DNA of 45,625 bases from Rhodocyclaceae bacterium (GCA_027492775.1 JAPUEC010000189.1:1-45625); one strand, 5' to 3'; positions 8,873 through 18,564 are shown, numbered from the stretch's first letter. Translations and numbers: made by a program. The notes: generated from the letters alone by a model not told the origin.

Positions 8873-9219
8873 GCCGCCTCCCGGAAACTCAACTCGTCGC
8901 CAACCTTGATGCCGGCTTGCGCCAGCGTTCCGGGCGCCATCTCCAGGGTGAGGCTGGCGGCCAGGCTGCCCGCCATGCGGGCGGGTACCACATTCGACGC
9001 CAACTTCCGGATGCGGCCGCGGCTGTCGAGAAAGGCGAGGTCGAGCGGGTAGGCCATGCCTACGGTATGCACCATGCCGCAGCGCGGGATGAGGAAGCCT
9101 TCTCCGGCAGCCAGCATCGGGCGTCCGAGAAGGCCGCGCAGGCGTTCCCAGGCCGAGGTCGCCTGCCAGACCCGCGGCAGGAGGCAGCGTTCGCCGAGGT
9201 AAATGGCGCCGGATTTCAC
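8869..9219 (-). CDS. DUF192 domain protein
   Basis: 116 aa with a GTG start overlapping the tadC stop. ATSAWERLRGLLGRPMLAAGEGFLIPRCGMVHTVGMAYPLDLAFLDSRGRI matches the DUF192 pattern. Confidence 0.7.
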   Translation of the reverse strand: MKSGAIYLGERCLLPRVWQATSAWERLRGLLGRPMLAAGEGFLIPRCGMVHTVGMAYPLDLAFLDSRGRIRKLASNVVPARMAGSLAASLTLEMAPGTLAQAGIKVGDELSFREAA

Positions 9220-10103
9220 AGCATGCCTTCCTGCATGAATTTAACCACGATCGGGAAGGCCAGGACGATAAAGGTCACCGGGAAGATGAAGGCGATCAGC
9301 GGCAGAATGAGTTTAACCGGCGCTTCCATCGCCAGCTTTTCGGCGCGCTGGAAGCGCTCGATGCGGCGCTGTTGCGACTGCACGCGGAGCGCCGCGCCGA
9401 CCGACGCGCCCATCTTTTCGGCCTGGATGACGGTGCCGACGAAGCTGGTGATGGCTTTCATGTTCAAGCGCGCTTCCATCCGGCGCAGGGCATCCGAGCG
9501 CGGCACACCGGCGCGCAGGTCGCGCGTGACCATCTGGAATTCATTGCGCAAGGCGCCGGCCGGGCCCTTATCCATCGCCTGCTTGATGGCGCCGGTGAGG
9601 TTGAGGCCGGCTTCCACCGCCAGGGTGATGAAATCGAGATAGACGGGCAGCGCCTTGAGGATTTCCTTTTCGCGCCGGGAACGGACGTCGCGCAGCCAGA
9701 GCTGGGGATAGTAGTTGCCGAGGAGCGTCAGCCCCGCCAATAGGATCGGCGAGGAATAATCGAGCGCATGCATGCAGAACAGCGTCAGCAAGAAGGCGAC
9801 GAGGGTGGAAAAGATGCGCACGGCGTAATACTGCTCGGCCGTGAGAATGTAGCCAACGCCCGTTTCCTGCAGGCGCTTGTGGGCCTTTTCCAGCCATTCC
9901 GGCGGCAGACGCGAGGCGAAGTGGTATTCGAGAAAGGTGATGACCGGCCAGGTGGTTTTCAGCACCGGCGGCAGCGGGTCCATGTATTCCCGCTCTTCCT
10001 TCGGCACCTCGGCCTTGAGCTTGGAGACGCTGAAACTGATGAGAAGAAAGGACACGCCGACCATGATGCCGATCAGGAGTGCAATGAGGGAGGTGGGGAT
10101 CAT
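9216..10103 (-). CDS. tadC: Tad/Cpa inner-membrane platform protein TadC (T2SS-F family)
   Basis: 295 aa. Polytopic protein with a T2SSF-like cytoplasmic domain (LPVYLDFITLAVEAGLNLTGAI...). It is the second of two paralogous platform genes after the ATPase. Confidence 0.85.
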   Translation of the reverse strand: MIPTSLIALLIGIMVGVSFLLISFSVSKLKAEVPKEEREYMDPLPPVLKTTWPVITFLEYHFASRLPPEWLEKAHKRLQETGVGYILTAEQYYAVRIFSTLVAFLLTLFCMHALDYSSPILLAGLTLLGNYYPQLWLRDVRSRREKEILKALPVYLDFITLAVEAGLNLTGAIKQAMDKGPAGALRNEFQMVTRDLRAGVPRSDALRRMEARLNMKAITSFVGTVIQAEKMGASVGAALRVQSQQRRIERFQRAEKLAMEAPVKLILPLIAFIFPVTFIVLAFPIVVKFMQEGML

Positions 10104-10104
10104 G

Positions 10105-10959
10105 TCAGACGTCGATGGTGGTGATCTTGCGGATGAACAGATAGCCGATGCCGATCATGACGATGATCACGGTCAGCGTCGCCCAGCCGAACAGGGTCGT
10201 AAACATCGCGCCCATGGCCTTGGGTTCGATCCAGTTGAGCGCGGCCATCATCAACAGGGGCAGGCAGGACATGATGATGCCCTGCATCTTGCCCTGCGCC
10301 GTGAGGCTCCTGATCTTGCCCTCCATGATGGCTTTTTCGCGCAGTGTGTGGGCCAGCGACTCCAGGATCTCGGCCAGATTGCCGCCGACTTCGCGCGAAA
10401 TGCGCAGGCCCGAAACCACCAGCGAGAAATCCTGTAGCGGATTGCGCTTTTCCATATTGACCAGGGCGGTGTCGAAATCCACGCCCAGGCGCTGCTCGCG
10501 CAGCATCAACTCGAACTCCTGGGCCAGCGGCGGCTTTTGCTCCTTGACCATCGATTCCAGCGCCACCGTCAGACTGGCGCCGGCCTTCATGGCGCCGGAG
10601 ACCATCAGCAGCGCGTCCGGCAACTGCTCCTCGAAGCGTTTCATGCGCCGGGTCACCAGCGTCTTGATGTAGTACTTGGGCAGAATCAGTGTGGCGATGG
10701 CGGTGAAGGTGACCAGCACCGGATTGTCGGTGATGATCCAGACCAGCGTCGGCAGCGCGATGAGCGCGGCGACGTTGTAATAGAAGATCTTGGTCGGATC
10801 GAGGAAGATGAACATGTCGGCCAGCGTCGTGCGGGTCGAGGTTTCCAGTTCCGAACGCTGCCGCGCCAGCACCGCGCGCATGCCCTGCATCACCAGCCAG
10901 ATGACGGTGAATGCGGTCAGCAGGCCGACCGCTGCCAGTATCAGCCCGATGTTGTTCAC
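10105..10959 (-). CDS. tadB: Tad/Cpa inner-membrane platform protein TadB (T2SS-F family)
   Basis: 284 aa with a GTG start overlapping the ATPase stop (GTGA). Contains LPDALLMVSGAMKAGASLTVALE... and C-terminal TM helices. Confidence 0.85.
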   Translation of the reverse strand: MNNIGLILAAVGLLTAFTVIWLVMQGMRAVLARQRSELETSTRTTLADMFIFLDPTKIFYYNVAALIALPTLVWIITDNPVLVTFTAIATLILPKYYIKTLVTRRMKRFEEQLPDALLMVSGAMKAGASLTVALESMVKEQKPPLAQEFELMLREQRLGVDFDTALVNMEKRNPLQDFSLVVSGLRISREVGGNLAEILESLAHTLREKAIMEGKIRSLTAQGKMQGIIMSCLPLLMMAALNWIEPKAMGAMFTTLFGWATLTVIIVMIGIGYLFIRKITTIDV

Positions 10960-12626
10960 GACCGCTTGTCCTCCGCCGCAAACATGCTGAAATCGATTTC
11001 CAGGCCGCGTTCCGCCAACTCTTCATAAAATTCCGGAATCTGGCCGGTGGCGATATGGCGCCCCTTGACCTTGCCGTCCGCGCCGAAGCCTTCGCGCTTG
11101 AAGAGGAAGATGTCCTGGAGCTGGATGACGTCGCCTTCCATGCCGGTAATCTCGGTGACGTGGGTGATCTTGCGCGAGCCGCAGGAAAAGCGATTCTGCT
11201 GGACGATGAAGCGCACCGCCGAGGCGATCTGTTCGCGGATCGCCCGGATCGGCAGATCCATGCCGGCCATCATCACCATCACTTCGATCCGCGCCAGACA
11301 ATCGCGCGGGGTGTTAGCGTGGGCAGTGGTGAGCGAGCCGTCGTGGCCGGTGTTCATCGCCGTCAGCATGTCGAGGGCTTCGCCGCCACGGCATTCACCG
11401 ACGACAATGCGGTCCGGGCGCATGCGCAAGCAGTTCTTGACCAGGTCGCGAATCGAGACCAGCCCCTTGCCTTCGGCGTTGGCCGGGCGCGATTCGAGGC
11501 CGACCAGGTTGGGCTGGCCGAGCTGCAGTTCGGCCGCATCCTCGACCGTGACGATGCGCTCGTCTTCCGGGATGTAATTCGACATGACGTTCAAGAGCGT
11601 GGTCTTGCCCGAGCCGGTGCCGCCGGAAATGATGATGTTGGCCTTCTGCTCGACAATGGTTCTCAGGAAATTGAGGATGGCCGGAGTCATCGAGCCGAAG
11701 CGGATCAGGTCTTCGCCGGCAAGCTTCTTTTTCGAGAACTTGCGGATGGTGATATTGGCGCCCTTCAGGGCCAGCGGCGGGATCACCGCATTCACACGCG
11801 AGCCGTCCTTGAGCCGGGCGTCGACCATGGGCGAGCTTTCGTCGATGCGCCGGCCGATGGGCGTGACGATGCGCTCGATCGCCGAGAGCACCGCCTGGTT
11901 GCTGGTGAAGGTGATTTCCGATTTGCGCAGCTTGCCATTGCGCTCGATGAAGATTTCCTCATGGTTATTCACCATGATTTCGGAAACCGTTTCATCGGCG
12001 ATCAAGTCTTCCAGCGGGCCCAGGCCGACCACTTCGTCGAGGACGCGCTTGACCAGCATGGCGCGATCCAGATGCGGCGGGATGCTGCGGTCGGCGGCAA
12101 CGATTTCTTCCAGCATGTTGCGCGTATTGGTGCGCAATTCCTCTTCGCTCTGGCGGTTGACGTCGACCCGGCGCAGGTCCATTTGCTTGATGAGCTGCAG
12201 ATGCAGGTGCTTGAGGAATTTGACGATTTCAGCGGCGGCGGCAGCGGCCGCCTCGTCGGCTTCCTCGCAGCCGGCGGCGGGGGCGGCCGTCGGTGCCGGC
12301 GCGGCATCGACGGGAGGTGACGCGACCTCATCCTCCAGGTCCAGCACCTCCATGGAGTAGTCGCAGATCGTGATCTTGTTGCCCGGTTTCAGCGGCCCGA
12401 ACATGCCCTCGATCTTCACGCCATCGACGCTGGTGCCGGCCGAAGCCCCGTGGTCCTCCACATACACGCCGTCGCTCTTGCGGTGCACCGTTGCGTGGCG
12501 GCGCCCGACGCTCCAGCCTTGAAGGATGATGCGGTTATCGTCGTTCTTGCCGATCGTGCAGCTGTCGATCGTGCATTCCTCTTCGGTGCGCACGCCTTTC
12601 GGCGTGATGACGGCAATTCGTAGCAT
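10956..12626 (-). CDS. cpaF: CpaF/TadA secretion ATPase with an N-terminal FHA domain
   Basis: 556 aa. N-terminal FHA-like sequence: CTIGKNDDNRIILQGWSVGRRHATVHRKSDGVYVEDHGASAGTSVDGVKI. An Ala-rich linker follows, then a VirB11/CpaF core with Walker A GGTGSGKTTLLN, DRIVVGECRGGEA and LTAMNTGHDGSLTTAHAN. Confidence 0.9.
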   Translation of the reverse strand: MLRIAVITPKGVRTEEECTIDSCTIGKNDDNRIILQGWSVGRRHATVHRKSDGVYVEDHGASAGTSVDGVKIEGMFGPLKPGNKITICDYSMEVLDLEDEVASPPVDAAPAPTAAPAAGCEEADEAAAAAAAEIVKFLKHLHLQLIKQMDLRRVDVNRQSEEELRTNTRNMLEEIVAADRSIPPHLDRAMLVKRVLDEVVGLGPLEDLIADETVSEIMVNNHEEIFIERNGKLRKSEITFTSNQAVLSAIERIVTPIGRRIDESSPMVDARLKDGSRVNAVIPPLALKGANITIRKFSKKKLAGEDLIRFGSMTPAILNFLRTIVEQKANIIISGGTGSGKTTLLNVMSNYIPEDERIVTVEDAAELQLGQPNLVGLESRPANAEGKGLVSIRDLVKNCLRMRPDRIVVGECRGGEALDMLTAMNTGHDGSLTTAHANTPRDCLARIEVMVMMAGMDLPIRAIREQIASAVRFIVQQNRFSCGSRKITHVTEITGMEGDVIQLQDIFLFKREGFGADGKVKGRHIATGQIPEFYEELAERGLEIDFSMFAAEDKRS

Positions 12627-12635
12627 GCCTGTTCC

Positions 12636-13925
12636 TTAGTCGACGATGTCCTGATTGTTCAACTTGCGCTCAAAACGCTGACGCATGTCCATGCCTTTTT
12701 CCACACGTTCGCGGTTGACGGTCGAGGCCGGATCGAAAACGTTGGGCGTGACCAGGATGACCAGATCGGTGCGGCCCGATTTGAAGTTGTCGGACCGGAA
12801 CAGGCGGCCGATGACCGGCAGGTTGGAAATGCCGGGCACCCGGGTGGTGTCGTTGGTCATTTCGGAATTGACCAGGCCCGACAGGACGATGGTTTGCCCC
12901 GCTTTGACGTTGATCTCGGTCTCGGACTGGCGGGTCAGGAAGCCGGGGATGCCCTGCACCTGCACCGAGGAATCGATGCTGCTGATCTCGGTCTGGATCT
13001 TGGCGACGATGTTGCCGTCGTTGTCGGCAATCGGCTTGATCGCCAACCGGATGCCGTAATCCTTGAATTCCACCGAGCCGCCGCCGAGTGCGGAGGTCGC
13101 GGGCAGCGGAATCTGGCCGCCAGCCAGGAACTTGGCTTCGCCGCCACTGCGCGCAGACAGTTCCGGTTCCGCCAGCGTATAGACGTCGCCGTTGTTCTTG
13201 CCGAGATTGATGGTGGTGTTGATCAGCGTGGATATGCCGAGATAGGTGGCGACCCCGCTGTGCGGCATGGGCAGAATGCCCTTCAACGCGCCCTGGGTTT
13301 GCGGCATGTTGCTGCCGAGATTGCCGCTAAAGCCGAGCATCGGGCCGGCAGCCGAACCGGGCCATTGCAGGCCGATGTTTTCCATGAGCGACTTCTTGAT
13401 CTCGATGATCTGCACCTTCATGTAAATCATCTTCTTCATCGACATTTCTTCCTCGGAGACGAGGCTGGTCGCTTGCGGGTAGGCCTTGGTCACGGCCGCG
13501 ATCCGCGCCAGGTCTTCTTTGCTGGCACTGCCGGTGATGACGACGTTGGCGCCCACCGGGGTCACCTTGATCGACTTGATGCCGCCCAGCATGGCGCTGA
13601 CATTGCGATAGGCGTCGCCGGAATCGCGCGGGCTGATGCGGACGGTGTAAGCGCTGCGCCGGTTTTTGCCGGACCAGATGATCAGCGAGGTCTCGCCCGG
13701 CGCTTCGGCAATCAGCAGCAGTTCCTGGCTGTTGAGAATCGACGTCGTGATCAGCTTGCCGTTTCCAACGGCGATGCGCTGCACCCGGTCGACCGGCAGC
13801 GTTTTGACCTCCCCGGCGAACATCAATATTTCATGCGGCCTGGCGTCGGATGCCTTGTCTTGGGCGAGCGCCGCGCCGGCCAGCGCGAAAAGGCAGCAGA
13901 AAATGGCGAGAAATCGGTTGGACAT
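12636..13925 (-). CDS. cpaC: CpaC/RcpA secretin
   Basis: 429 aa with a signal peptide and BON-like N-domains. The secretin C-domain reads ...GQTIVLSGLVNSEMTNDTTRVPGISNLPVIGRLFRSDNFKSGRTDLVILVTPNV. Confidence 0.9.
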   Translation of the reverse strand: MSNRFLAIFCCLFALAGAALAQDKASDARPHEILMFAGEVKTLPVDRVQRIAVGNGKLITTSILNSQELLLIAEAPGETSLIIWSGKNRRSAYTVRISPRDSGDAYRNVSAMLGGIKSIKVTPVGANVVITGSASKEDLARIAAVTKAYPQATSLVSEEEMSMKKMIYMKVQIIEIKKSLMENIGLQWPGSAAGPMLGFSGNLGSNMPQTQGALKGILPMPHSGVATYLGISTLINTTINLGKNNGDVYTLAEPELSARSGGEAKFLAGGQIPLPATSALGGGSVEFKDYGIRLAIKPIADNDGNIVAKIQTEISSIDSSVQVQGIPGFLTRQSETEINVKAGQTIVLSGLVNSEMTNDTTRVPGISNLPVIGRLFRSDNFKSGRTDLVILVTPNVFDPASTVNRERVEKGMDMRQRFERKLNNQDIVD

Positions 13926-13939
13926 GGTCTACCTGCTTG

Positions 13940-15016
13940 TCATTTGGAGGGTTTGCCGCCGGCACTCTGGCTATTGGCGGTGCTGAGCTTGATCAGATCG
14001 GTCAGGGATTGCGGCAGCGCCGCCTGGGCGGCGGCGGTGCCGGTGGGCGCGGCAGCCGCCGGGCCGGCCGGCGTCGGCGTCAGGCTGGCGGGCATCGGCA
14101 CGTTGATCACCGGTGCAACCGCATCGCTCCCGCCCTTGCCACCGATGAAATACTCGACGTAGGAGGCGGAATACGGAGCGCGCGCCGCCGGTTTTTCGGC
14201 GGCCCGGGCCATGCGCCGCTCGCGCTCACGCTCGCGGATGTCTTCCAGCAGGTTGTTGGCCGAAACCGTCTCGAAATCGACTTCCTGGCGGTCCTTCTCG
14301 TTGCGCAGCACGGCGCGGAGCTTGCCGAGTTCCTGTGCCAGCGCCAGGCGCGCCGCTTGGGTCGGCGTGACTTCGAGGGTCAGGTTGCTGTAGCTGCGCC
14401 GCCGCTCGGTGCTGGCGGTGGCCGGGTCATCCTGCGTCACCTTCTGACCGGTTGCCAGCACCTTGATCTGGTCGAGGAAGGGAACGACCGTTTGATTGCT
14501 GCCGCCGGGTTCCTGGCCGCTGGAAATGACGAGCATCAGATCGACCATGTTGCCGGGTTCGACCATGTGGGACACCGAGTTCATTTCATCGACGGCGATG
14601 GTCATGGCGCGCCGGCCGGCTTTCAGGGTGCCGGAAAAATCGGCGAAGACCTCGCGGACATCGGCCTTGCGCAGCGGTCGGCCGCGCTCCACCGGACGGA
14701 TCAGCGCCTGGCCCTTGAGGGCGTCGAACTGCGCCACGGTGATCGTGTCCTCATAGACGAAATCCGCCGAGATGTTGCGCGCGGCGACCAGATTCTCCTC
14801 GAGCAGGGTGCCCGGGGGCAGGGCCTTGATCGGCACCACCACGGCGACGGTCCCCCCCTTGTCCTGGGTACGCGCCTTGATTTCCGCTTCCATGCTCTGT
14901 TCGCGGAACCGTAGATATTGCATCGACAGCCATGCGGTCAGCAGGCTGAGGACGATGGCGACGATCAACATCAGCCAGGTTTTGTTGATCTTGATATTCG
15001 GGCGCTGGAGTTTCAA
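13940..15016 (-). CDS. cpaB: CpaB/RcpC Flp pilus assembly protein
   Basis: 358 aa. N-terminal TM helix WLMLIVAIVLSLLTAWL, a SAF-like segment (VVVPIKALPPGTLLEENLV...), an RcpC-like domain and a Pro/Ala-rich tail. The start at 15016 is TTG, preceded by AGGAAA. The alternative ATG at 14971 would remove the charged N-terminus. Confidence 0.8.
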   Translation of the reverse strand: MKLQRPNIKINKTWLMLIVAIVLSLLTAWLSMQYLRFREQSMEAEIKARTQDKGGTVAVVVPIKALPPGTLLEENLVAARNISADFVYEDTITVAQFDALKGQALIRPVERGRPLRKADVREVFADFSGTLKAGRRAMTIAVDEMNSVSHMVEPGNMVDLMLVISSGQEPGGSNQTVVPFLDQIKVLATGQKVTQDDPATASTERRRSYSNLTLEVTPTQAARLALAQELGKLRAVLRNEKDRQEVDFETVSANNLLEDIRERERERRMARAAEKPAARAPYSASYVEYFIGGKGGSDAVAPVINVPMPASLTPTPAGPAAAAPTGTAAAQAALPQSLTDLIKLSTANSQSAGGKPSK

Positions 15017-15070
15017 TTCGGTTTCCTGCCTAAGGTTGGAATTGCGAATGGACTGCGTCGGACCTGAAAA

Positions 15071-15376
15071 CTAGTTGAAGGAGATATCGATCGGCCATTC
15101 CGGATCCTTCAAGTCAATGCATTTGTCGATCGAGATCGAGACCGGGCCCATGCCCGCCGAATTGAAGCAATTGGGCATCGACGACACGGAAATAGCGTAG
15201 GAATAGTCGGTGTAATAGTTGCGAATCGCAGTCGCCAGCTTCTGGATCGGCGGATCGCTGCCGGTCACAAGGACGATGACGCCAACCATCAGCACCACCA
15301 GGTATTCGATGATCGACTGCCCGCGCATGCGCGCGGGCGGCGCCACCAGCCTTGATCGCATGAGGCGCGTCGTCAT
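15071..15376 (-). CDS. Small prepilin-like protein (Flp/TadE-type G-x4-EY motif)
   Basis: 101 aa. ...PPARMRGQSIIEYLVVLMVGVIVLV is the cleavage-type motif plus a hydrophobic helix. Its ATG overlaps the stop of the upstream gene (ATGA). Confidence 0.6.
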   Translation of the reverse strand: MTTRLMRSRLVAPPARMRGQSIIEYLVVLMVGVIVLVTGSDPPIQKLATAIRNYYTDYSYAISVSSMPNCFNSAGMGPVSISIDKCIDLKDPEWPIDISFN

Positions 15377-16092
15377 GGGTTTTCCACCAGGTTGGCCAGG
15401 ACCATGGTGTGCTGGCCCTCGCGCGTGATCACGAGGCTGGCTTCGGCCGCGCCTTTTTTCATCACCAGCGTGATTCCCGGGCCGCGCTTGGTGCTGATCT
15501 GATAGCTATTCACCATCTTCCAGCCGCGGTCGGCGAGGTTCTGGCGGTAGAAGCCGGCGTTGGTTTCGGCGGAGAAACCGTTGGAAAGCAGAATGGTCCT
15601 GGCGCTCTTGCCCTCGTCGCGATGGTCGATATCGTTGAGGACAGTGCTGCCCGTCATCATCGGCAAAGCCTTGTCAGCGGGCGTGACCTTGGTCTGTCCC
15701 GGCGCCTGGGTTGCGCTCAGGAGGCCGGTCGAGCCGGGTCCGGCCGCCTGCACCTGCACGGTGAAAAAGCATCGGCCGCGCATGGCGGTGATGGTTCGCC
15801 AGGGTTCGACTGTATTTTCCACCGGCGCGGCGGGGCCGGTACCGCGCCATGCCTGGCGGTAGAAGGCGAGTATTTCCTCCGGCTTTTGTTCGCTGTCGAA
15901 GCGCTTGATGCTCATCGGCACGCCGTTGTACATCATGTACGGCGCCACCCACTGCAGCTTGGCCTTGCTCGGTTCTACGAAGCTGGGGCAATCGAGTTCC
16001 TCTGCCCGGAGGCTCGGGGTGAGCAGCATGCAAGTCGCCGCGAGGGCTGCGCCCACTAGGAAAATCCGGTGATGGAGGCGGGCGCTCGCCAT
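15373..16092 (-). CDS. Exported protein of unknown function with an internal duplication
   Basis: 239 aa. Signal peptide MASARLHHRIFLVGAALAATCMLLTPSLRAEE. Two similar halves: ILAFYRQAWRGTG...CFFTVQVQAAG and NAGFYRQNLADRGWKMV...ASLVITREGQHTMVLANLV. I cannot name a family for it. Confidence 0.55.
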   Translation of the reverse strand: MASARLHHRIFLVGAALAATCMLLTPSLRAEELDCPSFVEPSKAKLQWVAPYMMYNGVPMSIKRFDSEQKPEEILAFYRQAWRGTGPAAPVENTVEPWRTITAMRGRCFFTVQVQAAGPGSTGLLSATQAPGQTKVTPADKALPMMTGSTVLNDIDHRDEGKSARTILLSNGFSAETNAGFYRQNLADRGWKMVNSYQISTKRGPGITLVMKKGAAEASLVITREGQHTMVLANLVENP

Positions 16093-16093
16093 G

Positions 16094-16942
16094 TTATTTC
16101 AGCCGATCGGCGGGAACGGCATCCGGCGCGATCTTGCCCGGCTCGAGCTTCGAGGCTTCCGGAAGGAAGACGGACAAGGCGCCCAGCACGTAGTCCATGA
16201 CTTTTACGCCACCGATTTCGGCGGCGAAAATCGAGGTTGGCACCAGGCCCTTCGCCTGTTGCTTGACGCTGGTCTTGTTCGCATCGTCCGGGCCGTTGGC
16301 GCTCCAGCCGTTAGCCAGCAGCACATTGGTTTCGGTGAAGCTGGCCGTCGAGTTCTTGGAGAGGAAATGGTCGTAGTCGATATCCTTGACCTTGATCGTC
16401 ACCTTCGCCGAGTAATTGCCCTTCATTTCCAGCACGAAGGGGCCGAGGGTCGAGGCGAAATTGGCGATGGGGTCGAGAATCACGTTCAGCGTTCCCGGCG
16501 CCTGGTTGCTGCCGACGTTGTTCTCGATGTCGCTGTAGTTGGCCAGGAGCGCGGTGCCGCGGCGATCTTGCCAGAGGGTTTTGGTGCTGGTCTTGAAGCC
16601 GGTAGCGCTCCGGTCGGCATTCGAAAAGGCATCGGTGGCCGTGGTCTCCGAGAGGTGGCGCACCCCGAGTTCACGGCGAATCTGATCGTCGGTCTTTTCA
16701 TTGGCTTGCCAGCGGCGGGAGACGCCGAACCAGCCGAGCGATGAAGCCGCGTCGCCGCCGTACCAAACCGTCCGTTCCCAGGCGGCATAGCGCGAGGTCT
16801 GCACCGCGGCGGCGCGCATGTCGAGGTACTTGCCGAGCAGCGGAATTGCCAGGAACAACGGCACCAGCACGAAGGCCGCGACGATCAGCAGTTCGATCAT
16901 CGCCTGGCCTCGGGCATGACGGATGGTGGCGTTGGTTACCAT
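16094..16942 (-). CDS. TadE-like pseudopilin
   Basis: The track ORF 16094-17431 was trimmed to the ATG at 16942, which overlaps the TAA of the upstream gene by 7 nt. MVTNATIRHARGQAMIELLIVAAFVLVPLFLAIPLLGKYLDMRAAAVQTSRYAAWERT matches the TadE N-terminal domain. Confidence 0.7.
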   Translation of the reverse strand: MVTNATIRHARGQAMIELLIVAAFVLVPLFLAIPLLGKYLDMRAAAVQTSRYAAWERTVWYGGDAASSLGWFGVSRRWQANEKTDDQIRRELGVRHLSETTATDAFSNADRSATGFKTSTKTLWQDRRGTALLANYSDIENNVGSNQAPGTLNVILDPIANFASTLGPFVLEMKGNYSAKVTIKVKDIDYDHFLSKNSTASFTETNVLLANGWSANGPDDANKTSVKQQAKGLVPTSIFAAEIGGVKVMDYVLGALSVFLPEASKLEPGKIAPDAVPADRLK

Positions 16943-18504
16943 AGGTGATAGGAAAGCGAGGCGTATTTTTCCAGGAAGTTGTTCGGGGCGACCCGGGCCT
17001 GCCAGTAGGGGTTGTAGAGGCTGCCGAGTTCGGCCTTGCTGTCGCTGCGCGCCCACAGTTTTTTTGGCCGCGAGAAATAGATTTCCGCCTTGGTCAGGCT
17101 GCGCATGTAGCCGCTTTGAGTGCCGTTGGTCAGCGCCAAGGAGCCGCCGGAAATGTTGTTGCTGGTCGGAATCTTGCTGTCGGCCTTTTCGACTTCGAGG
17201 ATCAGCGCCGGACCGACCAGATTGTCCTTGTCGACCTTCTTGACATCGAAATAGGTGCGCAGACCGGAGCTGGAAGAGAGCACGCTGCCAGCCCCCTTGC
17301 CGCGCTGAATCGCCGCGGCGCCGGCCGTGTTCACATTGTTGTAAACGCCGCCGTAGGCATCCGCCGTCGCCGTGCCAAAGTTGTTGTTCGGGTTCAAATT
17401 GCTGCTTTGGCCGGATTGGGCGGCGCCCCACCCCATGGGAATGAAGGGGAAGGGAATCGGGATGGGAATGGGAATGCCGAGAATGCTGATCCAGAAGATG
17501 GCGATGCCGAAAAACCCCGTGCCGTCCATGGCGCTCCAGGTCTTCTTCTGGTTATTGGCGAGTTTCAATTCGGTGCCGCCGCGGTGCCACAGGTACATCA
17601 GCAGCGCCCCATTTTGATAGGGAATGAAGCGCGTCGGATCGACCACGAAGGGCGTCAGATACATCATTTCGGGGAAATTCTTCGTCGGCCCGCCATTCCT
17701 GGTGCTACGGTTCTTGGAAAAGCCATCGAGAGAATCGATGGTGACCTGCGCCATACGGTCGCCCTTGGTGCCGTCCTGGTCGGCGGTGTTCGGGTCCTTC
17801 TTCTGGGTGAAGGTAAACCACTGCGCCAAGTGAACGATGGCCGCGATCGTGCCCGGTGTGCTGAGATCGGCATTGGCGTCGTTCAGCTTGATGACGTTGT
17901 AAGCCTCGTTGAAGGTCAACAGATCCTGGACCGGGCCCAGCGATGTGGCATCCACGCCGGCCAGCTTGTTCAGCACTTGGGCCGGCGAGAGGCCGATGGT
18001 TTGCGCCACCGTCAATGCCGTGCCGTAGTGATAGACCATCTGGGCAACGCGCAGCACGTCGATCAGGCCGTCGAGCAGCTTTGCCGTGATCGGCCCGGCG
18101 GTATTCATGACGTTCATAAAGGTCTTGGAGGCCGGTTTGTAGAGCTTCACCGGGGTATCCCAGAGAATTTTCGCCAGTGGGCCGCCAAGCGAAGTCAATA
18201 CCTGCGGGACCCACGAGGATGGGCCGTTATAGGTGCCTGAATAATTGCGTGCCCAGGAAGTGATGCCCACCACCTGCGCCACGGCCACCTGGTTAGCGAT
18301 AATGGCGCGGTTGGTATAGGCGGAAAAATTATAGTCGCGCGCCTCTGCCAGAACGGCGCTGTAGGCGGCGGCGTCGGCGGTGTTCTGCAGGCGCATCTTG
18401 GCGATCGACTGCTGGCCCATGGTGTACAGGGACACCATCACCAGCAAGATGATGGTGACGGTAATCAGCGAGAACACCAGCGCCTGTCCGCGCTGGCGGC
18501 TCAT
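16936..18504 (-). CDS. TadG-like large pseudopilin / pilus-associated protein
   Basis: MSRQRGQALVFSLITVTIILLVMVSLYTMGQQSIAKMRLQNTADAAAYSAVLAEARD matches the TadE/G-like N-terminal domain. I prefer the ATG at 18504 over the track's TTG at 18561. Confidence 0.7.
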   Translation of the reverse strand: MSRQRGQALVFSLITVTIILLVMVSLYTMGQQSIAKMRLQNTADAAAYSAVLAEARDYNFSAYTNRAIIANQVAVAQVVGITSWARNYSGTYNGPSSWVPQVLTSLGGPLAKILWDTPVKLYKPASKTFMNVMNTAGPITAKLLDGLIDVLRVAQMVYHYGTALTVAQTIGLSPAQVLNKLAGVDATSLGPVQDLLTFNEAYNVIKLNDANADLSTPGTIAAIVHLAQWFTFTQKKDPNTADQDGTKGDRMAQVTIDSLDGFSKNRSTRNGGPTKNFPEMMYLTPFVVDPTRFIPYQNGALLMYLWHRGGTELKLANNQKKTWSAMDGTGFFGIAIFWISILGIPIPIPIPFPFIPMGWGAAQSGQSSNLNPNNNFGTATADAYGGVYNNVNTAGAAAIQRGKGAGSVLSSSSGLRTYFDVKKVDKDNLVGPALILEVEKADSKIPTSNNISGGSLALTNGTQSGYMRSLTKAEIYFSRPKKLWARSDSKAELGSLYNPYWQARVAPNNFLEKYASLSYHLW

Positions 18505-18564
18505 GGTCAGCGGCGACGCCAAGGTCACACCCGCGGCATGGGCGTCCGGGCCAAAGAACAATAC

